Source: a virus (lineage: Duplodnaviria > Caudoviricetes). From it: a DNA stretch of 60,445 nucleotides. The stretch lies in IMG/VR virus record IMGVR_UViG_3300027306_000005, positions 1-60,445 of that record; one strand, written 5' to 3'. Below, piece after piece: positions 38,503 to 46,827 of this stretch (positions are counted from its first letter, which is position 1; each line of letters begins with the position of its first letter). Under the pieces are notes generated by a model. The model ran no database searches. It was not told the origin of the DNA and saw nothing but the letters and a program-made list of their open reading frames with translations. Both the position numbers and the translations under genes were made by a program.

Positions 38503-40617
38503 ATGCCTTCTCCCGGAAAACGTGAAATCACTTCCAACGGTCTCGTCATGCCTGCTGGTCTCGGCGACGAGTTCGACGATGAGACGAACTGGCGCGCTCT
38601 CGATCAGATGATCTCGGGCACGCACCCACTGGTCAAGCTGCCGCGTTTGAACGCGCAGAATCAAGTCGTGGACGCTCAAGGGCGACCTGTGAGCGGCGCT
38701 GTTGTTTGGGCGACCAACCCCACCTTTGCTGGCGGGGCAGACCCTTCGGGTGTGACCCCTTCGGCCGCTGCTTGGAATGCAGCGTGTCAGGCCGCTGCGG
38801 CTCTCGGGGTGCCGGCTTTCGTTTGTGCCCCAAAGGGCAACTACTTGCTCGAATCGACTGTGTTCGTCCCTGCGGGGGTGTTCATTGTCGGCGAAGGGGC
38901 CGGCAACGGGGCGCACCCCTTGACCTTCACTCCGACGGCCAGTTCATCGTTCACCGATGGGTGGATGTTCCTCATCAACTCGACGAATGGGACGACGGCT
39001 GTATCAAACATCTATGCTGCTCAATACCTCGGCGGCATCATTGGTGCTCGTTTCAACAACTACACGACGAACCTGCCGAACATTCGGGGCGCAATGTGCT
39101 TTGGTTCCGCCTTCTTCCAAGACATCCGTTCCTACCGGATGACCTGTGCTCTGAAACGACCTCGGAACCATTACATTGACCGATTCACGGTGATCCGATG
39201 TCACTCTGACCAAGAGTACAACGGCACCACCGAGTACCAGATTGAGATCGACGGGACTGGTGACACCGTGCTGATTGACCGCTGCACCTTCCCGGACTCA
39301 GGCGGGGTCACTTCGAGCGGCGGCACAAACCCGATCAAAGCTGTTCGCTTCAAGAACAGCGATTCGTTGCTGTCTTGCGCAAGTGCTGTCGTGCGAGGAA
39401 ACGTCAATGGAGATCACCTCTTCGTTGGCGTCAAGGCGTTGCGCATGGAGGTCTTCCACAGCGAGTTCGGCAAGGTCACTTGCGACAGGACCAACGTGGC
39501 CCTCGAAGACTTCTACGTGGCCGTCCCGACCGCACACAACTACACACCGCTCGTCTTTGTCGGCAGCGGCTTCAGCAGTGCGGCGTACTTCGCCAAGCTC
39601 AAGAACATCGAGTTCAACTATGGTTGGGGCAACTTCCAGAGCCCTTACGCTTTCGAGATCAAAACTCACCACGAGTATCACCTCCAGATCGAGAACTGCT
39701 ACCGGGTCTCTGACTTGAGCGCCGCAGCCCCCGCACTGCTGGGCCTGCGCATCGCCAACGCCTCCGACGCGGCCGTCTCATCGTGGGCTGCCGCTGCCCA
39801 CATGGCCAGTGCCTACGGCATCCTCCACGGCTACACGCTCGAAGACATCCGTCGTACCGTCACCATGGATTCCACGTACGGTGGCGCGTACTTCGCTTCG
39901 GCTTCGAGTTCTCAAGCTGATTGGGACGAGGCCGCAGGCACGTACTACTACACGACGCAGTACCTGCTCGACCCCGTGAACATGATTGGGGTTAACCAGT
40001 CGAACGGTGTGCAGTCCGCGACGATCTCGGCAACCACAGACACCGGCATCTTCTTGACGACCAGTGTTGGCAGCAGCCTCCCTTCTGCGACGGTCATTCG
40101 GGTCTACCGAGGAACCACGTCGGGCTCGTACGACAAGTACATCGACCTGCCCGCCGTGATGGTTCGCTCGATCCAAGATTCGGGCTCGAAGGTCTGCGGC
40201 TTGCCGTGGCTGTCGCGGACTGCCGGCGCTGTCGATACGCTCAAAGCCAACGCCAACAGCGGCAAGTGGGCTGTCAGCAGTGCAACGGGTGTGCGCCGTG
40301 CGGAAGATGTGTTTGTCGCTCGGACGAACAGTAACGGGCCGTTCGGCGCTTACGGTGGCCGAGCCATCATCGTCTACACCGCAGCGATTGGCACAACTTC
40401 GTACTACGTGAGCGCACCAACAAACGCCATGGCAGGTGACTCGGCCAGGGTTGTCCGCTCGATTGCTGCGACAGGCACAGGTGCCATTGTTGTGCAGAAT
40501 CTCGGCTCAGGTGGTAGCACCACACGCACCCTCGGCTCCCCTGGCATGTGGGTCGATCTCTACTTCGACGGCACAAGCTGGATCGAAGTGGGTGGTGGAA
40601 CCATGGTCACGACCTAA
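38503..40617 (+). CDS. tailspike-like polysaccharide depolymerase (beta-helix)
   Basis: Pectate_lyase_3-like GADPSG..S.AA..AA....V..PKG.Y start of the enzymatic domain; shared N-terminal anchor. Confidence 0.75.
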   Translation: MPSPGKREITSNGLVMPAGLGDEFDDETNWRALDQMISGTHPLVKLPRLNAQNQVVDAQGRPVSGAVVWATNPTFAGGADPSGVTPSAAAWNAACQAAAALGVPAFVCAPKGNYLLESTVFVPAGVFIVGEGAGNGAHPLTFTPTASSSFTDGWMFLINSTNGTTAVSNIYAAQYLGGIIGARFNNYTTNLPNIRGAMCFGSAFFQDIRSYRMTCALKRPRNHYIDRFTVIRCHSDQEYNGTTEYQIEIDGTGDTVLIDRCTFPDSGGVTSSGGTNPIKAVRFKNSDSLLSCASAVVRGNVNGDHLFVGVKALRMEVFHSEFGKVTCDRTNVALEDFYVAVPTAHNYTPLVFVGSGFSSAAYFAKLKNIEFNYGWGNFQSPYAFEIKTHHEYHLQIENCYRVSDLSAAAPALLGLRIANASDAAVSSWAAAAHMASAYGILHGYTLEDIRRTVTMDSTYGGAYFASASSSQADWDEAAGTYYYTTQYLLDPVNMIGVNQSNGVQSATISATTDTGIFLTTSVGSSLPSATVIRVYRGTTSGSYDKYIDLPAVMVRSIQDSGSKVCGLPWLSRTAGAVDTLKANANSGKWAVSSATGVRRAEDVFVARTNSNGPFGAYGGRAIIVYTAAIGTTSYYVSAPTNAMAGDSARVVRSIAATGTGAIVVQNLGSGGSTTRTLGSPGMWVDLYFDGTSWIEVGGGTMVTT

Positions 40618-40628
40618 CCCACCAAAAC

Positions 40629-40654
40629 AAAAGGCCCAACACGGGGCCTTTCTT
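40629..40654. terminator. bidirectional terminator (copy 1)
   Basis: AAAAGGCCC-loop-GGGCCTTTCTT. Confidence 0.75.
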
Positions 40655-40669
40655 CATTGCAAGAAGCCG

Positions 40670-40713
40670 TCACAGGCTGTCGTCATCATCGTCGTCGTTC
40701 AGAGGATCGTGGG
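40670..40713 (-). pseudogene. 3' remnant of gene 42587..42889 (..HDPLNDDDDDDSL*)
   Basis: Near-identical to 42587-42633. Confidence 0.85.
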
Positions 40714-40860
40714 CAAACTCATCAGATCCATAAGCGAAGGTCAGCTTGTGCCGAGCCGGTCATGCTGATCCACCCTCCGCAAGATGTCTTTGAAGCTGTC
40801 AGCGACGAGGCCATCGAACGGTTAAGAAGTGAAGCCGTAGAGGCTCGGCAATTTCGCTGA
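40704..40860 (+). pseudogene. 3' remnant of the wHTH gene 38148..38462
   Basis: DRGQ...C.E..MLIHPPQ..F.A.SDEAIE.LR.EAVEARQFR* matches the C-terminal half. Confidence 0.85.
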
Positions 40861-40899
40861 GAATCGGCACACCGAAGCAACCTTTAGAAAGGAATAATC

Positions 40900-42408
40900 A
40901 TGCCTTCTCCCGGAAAACGTGAAATCACTTCCAACGGTCTCGTCATGCCTGTCGGTCTCGGCGACGAACAAGACGACAAGCACAACTGGCCGGCGTTTGA
41001 CCAGATGCTTTCGGGCACGCACCCGCTGGTCAAGCTGCCGCGTTTGAACGCGCAGAATCAAGTCGTGGACGCTCAGGGTCAGCCGGTGGGTGGTGCGGTG
41101 CCCTGGCAGGCTAATCAGGTCGTTTCACCGTGGGCGGGCGCGGTCTTGCCAACGGGGACCGATGCGATCAACGAATGGACTTCGGCGGGTTCTTCTGGCG
41201 CGGTCATCTCTAGCGACACAAACGTGAAGTTTGGTGGGCGTCCGACAACGCGCGTGACGTTCGGTGGCGCACCGAGTGGCACGGCCTTCGAAGTGGGTGT
41301 TTCGGGTGCTTCAGTCGCCATCCGGGGTGTGGCGCGTGAGCTGCTGAGCGGATACGCAGTTGTCGCGGTCAATGGCACAGCTCCCATCACCGCCGCGAAG
41401 CTGTACATCGGTGACGCAGGTTACGCGAACTACTACGAAGTGAACATCACGAACAATGCGCTCAACGCTGTGAAGGACATCGGCAATGGGTGGCGGCTGC
41501 TCATGGCTGATTGCTCGCTCGCGGGCGTTGTGAGCGTTCAAGGTGCCCCGAACCTTGACGGTCTCAAGCGCATGAAAGTCACTTGCTTCAGTGACGCCAA
41601 CCCGCCTTCAGGAAGCGTGTGGGTCGGGTTCGCGGGCGTGGTCAAGAAGCCGAAGCCAACTGTCGTTCTGACCTGTGACGATGGTTACTCCGAGTGGGCC
41701 AGCTACCTTTTCCCGGCGATGAAGGAGCGCAACGTTCCCGGCTCTTTCTCGATCGACGCGGGCTATGTGAGTGCGCCGGGCTTCATGACCGAGCAGCAGT
41801 TCAGGACGTCTCTGGCGACTTATGGCGACCTGATCGAATATGTGAATCACGGGGCCAACAACGTCGCGTATGCGCCGGCCAGCTTCGCGCAGTACACGGC
41901 CAACATCTTGCAGTGCGACGCGCTGCTGAAGGAGTGGGGAGTCACCGATGAATCGCGCAAGCTGCACACGTACGTGCAAGGTCAATTTGATCAGTCTCTG
42001 ATTGACTGGCTGGTGTCAAACGGCTTCAAGGCGGCGCGAGAAGTGGGGGCCTCGAACCGTTCGCAGTTCCATTTGGCGGCGCACCTTGGCATTCCCGATG
42101 TGAACAGGAACTCGCGCTACGCGATCCCAGCAGGCTGCAACCTGAGCAACGCCCAGCCGGTGGCCACGGTGATCGACTACATCGAAGAGGCGAAGCTACG
42201 CGGCTCAGCCTTCTTCCTGATGGGCCATGAGTTCAAGGTCGCACCAGGCCCTCAGGCTTACGTCGCCGGTTATCACGCGACGCACGGCATGAGCAACCTG
42301 CTGGACTACTTGGCGGCTGAGCGTGATGCAGGGCGGATCGACCTTGTGAAGTGGTCGACCTATGTGGAATCAATGTCCCTTGGTCGTCCTGTTGTTGGCG
42401 TGAGCTGA
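40900..42408 (+). CDS. polysaccharide deacetylase (NodB/CE4-like) with shared virion-type anchor
   Basis: VVLTCDDGY, NHG and MGH motifs; first ~65 aa nearly identical to 38503..40617. Confidence 0.78.
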   Translation: MPSPGKREITSNGLVMPVGLGDEQDDKHNWPAFDQMLSGTHPLVKLPRLNAQNQVVDAQGQPVGGAVPWQANQVVSPWAGAVLPTGTDAINEWTSAGSSGAVISSDTNVKFGGRPTTRVTFGGAPSGTAFEVGVSGASVAIRGVARELLSGYAVVAVNGTAPITAAKLYIGDAGYANYYEVNITNNALNAVKDIGNGWRLLMADCSLAGVVSVQGAPNLDGLKRMKVTCFSDANPPSGSVWVGFAGVVKKPKPTVVLTCDDGYSEWASYLFPAMKERNVPGSFSIDAGYVSAPGFMTEQQFRTSLATYGDLIEYVNHGANNVAYAPASFAQYTANILQCDALLKEWGVTDESRKLHTYVQGQFDQSLIDWLVSNGFKAAREVGASNRSQFHLAAHLGIPDVNRNSRYAIPAGCNLSNAQPVATVIDYIEEAKLRGSAFFLMGHEFKVAPGPQAYVAGYHATHGMSNLLDYLAAERDAGRIDLVKWSTYVESMSLGRPVVGVS

Positions 42409-42545
42409 CGTCCGTTACAAGATCGACCATCGAAGTCGTTGATGATCTTGGCTCAAACCAAAATTCGGCCGAGCTGGCTGCATTGAAGCCATCGCCGCTT
42501 AACCACCCGACTCGGCGCGGATCAGCGAATTAAGCCCACCAAAAC

Positions 42546-42571
42546 AAAAGGCCCCGTGTGGGGCCTTTCTT
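42546..42571. terminator. bidirectional terminator (copy 2) between convergent arms
   Basis: AAAAGGCCCC-GTGT-GGGGCCTTTCTT. Confidence 0.8.
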
Positions 42572-42586
42572 CATTGCGTCGTGCCG

Positions 42587-42889
42587 TCACAGGCTGTCGT
42601 CGTCATCGTCGTCGTCGTTCAGAGGATCGTGGGGCTTCTCGGCTACCTTGCCCTTGACAACCCTCTTTTCGGCCGCTGTGAGTGATCCTGACCTGTCCAC
42701 GGGGGCGTTGAGACGACTCTTGATGTGCTCGATCACGGCATCCCCGATGGCCAGAACGTCGCTGACCTTCCAGTTGTAGCCGTTCTTGACCCTGGAGACG
42801 GGCTTGACGCCGGCCTCGATCAGGATCTCGGGACGGAACTGCACACCGAAGTGCTTGCACAGTTGAGTGGTTGTGACGGTATCGCTCAT
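42587..42889 (-). CDS. hypothetical protein (possible DNA-binding) with acidic tail
   Basis: AAGGA RBS; ends DPLNDDDDDDDSL. Confidence 0.75.
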   Translation of the reverse strand: MSDTVTTTQLCKHFGVQFRPEILIEAGVKPVSRVKNGYNWKVSDVLAIGDAVIEHIKSRLNAPVDRSGSLTAAEKRVVKGKVAEKPHDPLNDDDDDDDSL

Positions 42890-42922
42890 TGGCTGGTTTC
42901 CTTGTTGTGGTTGGGTGGTTGA

Positions 42923-43852
42923 TCAAAGGCTCTCGTCGTCTTCGGCTTCGACCTTCGGCACGTCACCCAGCACGCGCACGCGCAGCCGCTTGCCGTCGAT
43001 GGCGTCGACGTGCTGGCGGGGCACCCGCACGAAGAACGTCACGTAGTCGTTGGCTTCGAGGTCTTCAGCCGGGGCGTACACGTCGACCACGATCTCGGGG
43101 TTCTTGGCCTTGGTGTCGCCCTTGGTCAGGGTCTTCTTGGTGATCTTCTTCTTGCCACCGGCCTCGGCCACCTCGACGGCTTCGGTCAGCTTCTTGGCCG
43201 CACCCTTGCCGTCCTTCTTGAGTTCTTCGATGGCCAGGGACGCCGAGACCTTGCCCTGCTCGACCAGCTTGCGCACAGCAGCGGGAGCCGCGAGCAACTC
43301 GAAGAGGTTGTCGACGTACTTCTTGGTGAAGCAGAGACGATCAGCGATGGCTTTGTTGTCCAGGCCAAAGCCCTGCAAACGTTTGCACACGATGGCCGTC
43401 TCGATGGGCGTCAGGGGACGCCCCTTGTTGCCGGTGACCAGGGCAACTGTGATGTCTTCTTGCGACGTACCTTGCGGTTTGACGATCACCGGGACCGCTT
43501 CGATGGTGTGACCTTCTTCGATGGCCATGCCCACGGCTTCGTGCCGCGTGTGACCCCCGGTCACGAAGATGGCGTTGTTGCCGTTCCTGTCCTTGCCCAC
43601 GTAGCCTTCGAGCGGCTTGTCACGGTAGAAACCGTTCGCCGTGATTGAGTTCTTGATGTCGTTGAGGTGGGCAAGGTACTCAGCGTTGCGAATGCGGACA
43701 TTGAAGCCCGGAATCACACGCAACTGGCTGTAGGGGACCATCCACAGGTCGGACGACGAGGCGCCTGCGTCCTTCATGGCGGCTTTGACGCTGCCGGGGA
43801 CGAGGCCCTCGATCACCGTGTCGGTGGTGGGGGTTGCTGCTTTGGTGTTCAT
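42923..43852 (-). CDS. ParB/Spo0J-like protein
   Basis: GFNVR, GGHTRH, N.GRPLTPIE and HTH IADRLCFTKKYV. Confidence 0.8.
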   Translation of the reverse strand: MNTKAATPTTDTVIEGLVPGSVKAAMKDAGASSSDLWMVPYSQLRVIPGFNVRIRNAEYLAHLNDIKNSITANGFYRDKPLEGYVGKDRNGNNAIFVTGGHTRHEAVGMAIEEGHTIEAVPVIVKPQGTSQEDITVALVTGNKGRPLTPIETAIVCKRLQGFGLDNKAIADRLCFTKKYVDNLFELLAAPAAVRKLVEQGKVSASLAIEELKKDGKGAAKKLTEAVEVAEAGGKKKITKKTLTKGDTKAKNPEIVVDVYAPAEDLEANDYVTFFVRVPRQHVDAIDGKRLRVRVLGDVPKVEAEDDESL

Positions 43853-43877
43853 GGTGCTTCCTTTCGGGGTTGTGATG

Positions 43878-44159
43878 TCAGGTGGTCTTCACCTTGGTCT
43901 GACGGAGGTAACGGTGGGAGATGAGGTGGTCGAGCAGTTCGTCCACCTGCTCATCCGGGAGATCGATGTGGGCCACCACGGTGCCATGCTGGCCTCGGGT
44001 GCGGACGTTGATGCGCGTCGTGTTGTCGCCTTGATCGGTCACGTTCAGGTAGCCGGGGTAGCCCTGGCCGGTGCTCTCGGTGTAGGCGAAAACGCAGGTG
44101 TGTTCTTGGCTCATGGTTGACTCCACAGTGGGTTGAGGGGAGACCAGTGTAGTGCTCAC
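43878..44159 (-). CDS. hypothetical protein
   Basis: Coupled ORF in the leftward operon; start uncertain (44159 or 44114). Confidence 0.6.
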   Translation of the reverse strand: MSTTLVSPQPTVESTMSQEHTCVFAYTESTGQGYPGYLNVTDQGDNTTRINVRTRGQHGTVVAHIDLPDEQVDELLDHLISHRYLRQTKVKTT

Positions 44160-44722
44160 TTGAGCGGCAGAAAGGGCTTGATCGCCTGCAACTTCTTCGA
44201 GCGAGAGACCTGATACCGATTGGTCTTCTCCCTGGCCGTCAGCGGAGAAATGTGTGGCGCGTTTTCCTTGGCACCGAATCGATAGCGGGCTCGCGGGTAC
44301 ATCTTTCCGCCTTCTTCAACACGTTCATAGACCTCGACGTGAGCTTGCTGCGGGTACGCCGGGCTCTTCTTGATCATGTTGGCCAGGGTGTTGCGCATCG
44401 TGTTGGGAAGGATCGTGATGCCGTGCGTGTGTTCAAGCTCTTGACGGATCTCTTCGGCAAGGAAGGAGTCTTCTTTGTGTTCGGCCAGGAAGTTAAGTAC
44501 CAGGGCTCGCAACGTGGCCATGCCCGTGCGCTCTTTGAGGATCTCGCGTTGAGCCCGGTGTTCGATGTTGCGCAAGCTGGTATGACGAACCAGCAGCGCA
44601 TCGATCTTCACGTTCAGGGCTGCGATCTGCTCGCTGACAGCGCGGAGTTCTTCTTGAGCCTTGGCCATGCGCTGCTTTGCCGGCAGCTTGAGCCAGGAGG
44701 TTTCATTCAATGGACGTGACAT
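44156..44722 (-). CDS. hypothetical coiled-coil plus winged-helix-like protein
   Basis: ORF in operon; N-terminal heptad pattern. Confidence 0.65.
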   Translation of the reverse strand: MSRPLNETSWLKLPAKQRMAKAQEELRAVSEQIAALNVKIDALLVRHTSLRNIEHRAQREILKERTGMATLRALVLNFLAEHKEDSFLAEEIRQELEHTHGITILPNTMRNTLANMIKKSPAYPQQAHVEVYERVEEGGKMYPRARYRFGAKENAPHISPLTAREKTNRYQVSRSKKLQAIKPFLPLK

Positions 44723-45005
44723 TGCTGATCAGGCTCAGAGATTGGAGTTGCCAGTGGTCCGGGATGAGGTTCACTTCGTCCCCGTCTTCAGAGTAGATCC
44801 ACTTCATGCTTTCGCCGATGCGGTAACGCCATGCGACGGGGATGCCCTGCTGCCTGAGGATGGTGAGTTGTTCTTCGTCGTCTGCGCGTGAACTCATCAT
44901 GAGGATGGCGCACAGGAAGAAACCGACGATGACCCCGAGTAGTAGGCAAGAGACAGCGACGATCAGCATGTAGGACGGCGGCATGGTGTTGATGAACTCG
45001 TACAT
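44703..45005 (-). CDS. membrane-anchored hypothetical protein
   Basis: N-terminal TM segment. Confidence 0.65.
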   Translation of the reverse strand: MYEFINTMPPSYMLIVAVSCLLLGVIVGFFLCAILMMSSRADDEEQLTILRQQGIPVAWRYRIGESMKWIYSEDGDEVNLIPDHWQLQSLSLISNVTSIE

Positions 45006-45008
45006 GGT

Positions 45009-45599
45009 TCACTCCCCAACGCCGTTCTCGGCCTGCATGTCTTCCCACCGCTGGAGGGAGACGATGGCCTCGTGCACATCCTTGGTCATGTCCTTGTGAC
45101 CACGGCCACCGGCAACGAGTAGCTTCTTGATCGCATGCTGGATGCACGGGTCGGTGACGTTCCACAAATCGATCACCCGGTAGACATCGATGCTGTCGAG
45201 GTGACTCACGTCTTTGAAGTAGTGCGGGAAGCAGGCGTAGGCGGCACCTTGGTGCACCTTGATGTTGGAGATGGGGAGGGTTTCGACTTCCGCCACGGCA
45301 GACACCTTGGTCGGCAGCACGGGAAGGTGGAACTCACCGATCTTGGTCTCGGTGGGGGCTTGTTCAGCCTTCACAGCACCAAAGCGAAACTTCGCCACCT
45401 GCGACCATGTAACGTTCTTGGCCAGGAGGTAAGCCTTGGTGTTGTCCTTGTAGATCACATCAACGAGGGTGACCCCAGGATGCTCGATGACAGGTGGTAC
45501 GCCGTGCGAGAAGGTCCAGTCGATCAGCTTGTACCAGCCGTTGCCTTGCGATTCGCAGTAGCCGTCACGTTGTTCGGGGTTCAAGGGTCCTTGGGCCAT
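45009..45599 (-). CDS. hypothetical protein with DUF3310-like C-terminal domain
   Basis: HYFK...IDVYRV......HAIKKLL.AG.RG.KD; AGGAG RBS. Confidence 0.7.
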   Translation of the reverse strand: MAQGPLNPEQRDGYCESQGNGWYKLIDWTFSHGVPPVIEHPGVTLVDVIYKDNTKAYLLAKNVTWSQVAKFRFGAVKAEQAPTETKIGEFHLPVLPTKVSAVAEVETLPISNIKVHQGAAYACFPHYFKDVSHLDSIDVYRVIDLWNVTDPCIQHAIKKLLVAGGRGHKDMTKDVHEAIVSLQRWEDMQAENGVGE

Positions 45600-45652
45600 G
45601 TCAGTTCTCCTAAGTGAGGTGTTTGGTGCAGTCAGTAAATTCTAATCACAAA

Positions 45653-45668
45653 TCAACCAAATGTGGAA
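45653..45668 (-). promoter_or_regulatory. 16-bp motif TTCCACATTTGGTTGA (copy 2), with a downstream TAGAAT
   Basis: Exact repeat; intergenic. Confidence 0.7.
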
Positions 45669-45686
45669 GTCAGTTCCAAAGAAATT

Positions 45687-45953
45687 TCAGAGTTCTTCGT
45701 CGGTCAGCGTGACGTGCGGGGCTTGGAGCCATACAACGTCATAGACCAGATCAACATTGAGCGACTTGTTCAGATCGCCGAAGATGGTGTCGAAGACCTC
45801 CGACAATGTTTCGACATCGCGAGCCATGATCGCAACCTCCTGCCCATTTGGCAGGTTGATCGATGCACCCTTGCCGAAAACGCCCATCGTCTTGGCGGTG
45901 TTGAGCTTTGCAACGTCCAGGCGTTGCAGCCGTGGCCCCTTGATGTCGCTCAC
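45687..45953 (-). CDS. hypothetical protein (paralog of 45950..46216)
   Basis: GTGA overlap; L.NG.EV motif. Confidence 0.7.
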   Translation of the reverse strand: MSDIKGPRLQRLDVAKLNTAKTMGVFGKGASINLPNGQEVAIMARDVETLSEVFDTIFGDLNKSLNVDLVYDVVWLQAPHVTLTDEEL

Positions 45954-46216
45954 AGATCATCCTCCAGATCGAGATCACGCACGTCGCAGATAGCGGCGTT
46001 GATGTTGAGCCGTGTGTCCAGTGCCGGTGGCCTGTTCAGTGAGATGTCAAGTTGATCGACCACGCGTTGGAGGTTCTCGTCACTGCTCGTCAGCAAGATC
46101 ACCTCAATGCCGTTACGCAGCTTCACGCACGTCGCTCGACCCAGGTACACCGTGCGACCGGCCTTAGCCGACTGCTCGCGCTTGATCGTCTTCGGTGGTC
46201 GGGCACTGGCGCTCAT
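45950..46216 (-). CDS. hypothetical protein (paralog of 45687..45953)
   Basis: L.NG.EV motif; acidic tail. Confidence 0.7.
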   Translation of the reverse strand: MSASARPPKTIKREQSAKAGRTVYLGRATCVKLRNGIEVILLTSSDENLQRVVDQLDISLNRPPALDTRLNINAAICDVRDLDLEDDL

Positions 46217-46334
46217 GGGTCTTCTCGGTTTGAGGTTTGATGATCTGCTTCTTGTAGAGGTGCTCGGCTACGGAGAAGCCCAGCAGGAAACTCAGGAGCA
46301 GCATGAAGAGGGTGCGGATGAAGTAGGTTGTCAT
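46164..46334 (-). CDS. small membrane protein (56 aa, not in ORF track)
   Basis: GGAGGT RBS, ATGA overlap, MTTYFIRTLFMLLLSFLLGFSVA TM segment. Confidence 0.55.
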   Translation of the reverse strand: MTTYFIRTLFMLLLSFLLGFSVAEHLYKKQIIKPQTEKTHERQCPTTEDDQARAVG

Positions 46335-46564
46335 CGTTGTTCACCTCCCGCCTGGGCGGGCATGGCGGCGCCTGCACCACTGCAAGCTGGGCATGCTTCG
46401 GTACGCATGCGCGGTGGCCAGGCGCTTGTTCCGCTGCCGCAGGTGATTCGACCGCTGCCACTGCACCTCTGGCATGGCCCCGCATCCAGCGCAGCGGCCT
46501 GATCCTGATCGCGCGGGCCCATGCCGCCGTCGCTCACGATGTCGGTGTATTGGGTATTGCTCAT
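46331..46564 (-). CDS. DnaJ-type zinc-finger protein
   Basis: Two CxxCxGxG motifs (CQRCSGSG, CPACSGAG). Confidence 0.65.
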   Translation of the reverse strand: MSNTQYTDIVSDGGMGPRDQDQAAALDAGPCQRCSGSGRITCGSGTSAWPPRMRTEACPACSGAGAAMPAQAGGEQR

Positions 46565-46827
46565 AGCTCTTCATCCTCGTCATCATTGAGTGGGTCATAG
46601 GCAGGCTTGCTGACTGCCTTGCGCTTGGGATCAGGACGCCAGCGGTAGATGTACTTCTCGTTGTCGCTGGTGATCTCCAAAGTGCCGTGATCGACACCGT
46701 AGAAGAAGGCGTTACCTGTGACCGGGATGCCGGCCTTTTTCATGTCCTTGATCACCTCGATCTCGACGAGGATGCTGTTGCCCAGGAACTTGACACGGTC
46801 CTTGGAGATGGTGACTTCGATGGTCAT
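46561..46827 (-). CDS. hypothetical protein with acidic tail
   Basis: AGGAG RBS, ATGA overlap; ends DPLNDDEDEEL. Confidence 0.7.
   Translation of the reverse strand: MTIEVTISKDRVKFLGNSILVEIEVIKDMKKAGIPVTGNAFFYGVDHGTLEITSDNEKYIYRWRPDPKRKAVSKPAYDPLNDDEDEEL

Larger units (their letters stand above)
38306..42633 (+). repeat. tandem diverged cassette duplication bounded by GGATCGTGGG (38306, 40704, 42624)
   Basis: Left arms 38306-~38710 and 40704-~41106; right arms 40615-40713 and 42531-42633; unrelated central cargo. Confidence 0.88.

Noticed and set aside
40657-40860. 67-aa ORF as a real gene
   Set aside because: It is a chimera of the antisense right-gene relic and the wHTH 3' relic, with a TTG start right after a terminator.
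38306-42633. Cassette repeats as a DGR, shufflon or integron
   Set aside because: No reverse transcriptase, invertase or tyrosine/serine recombinase was recognised. The repeats are direct, and the differences are not adenine-specific.
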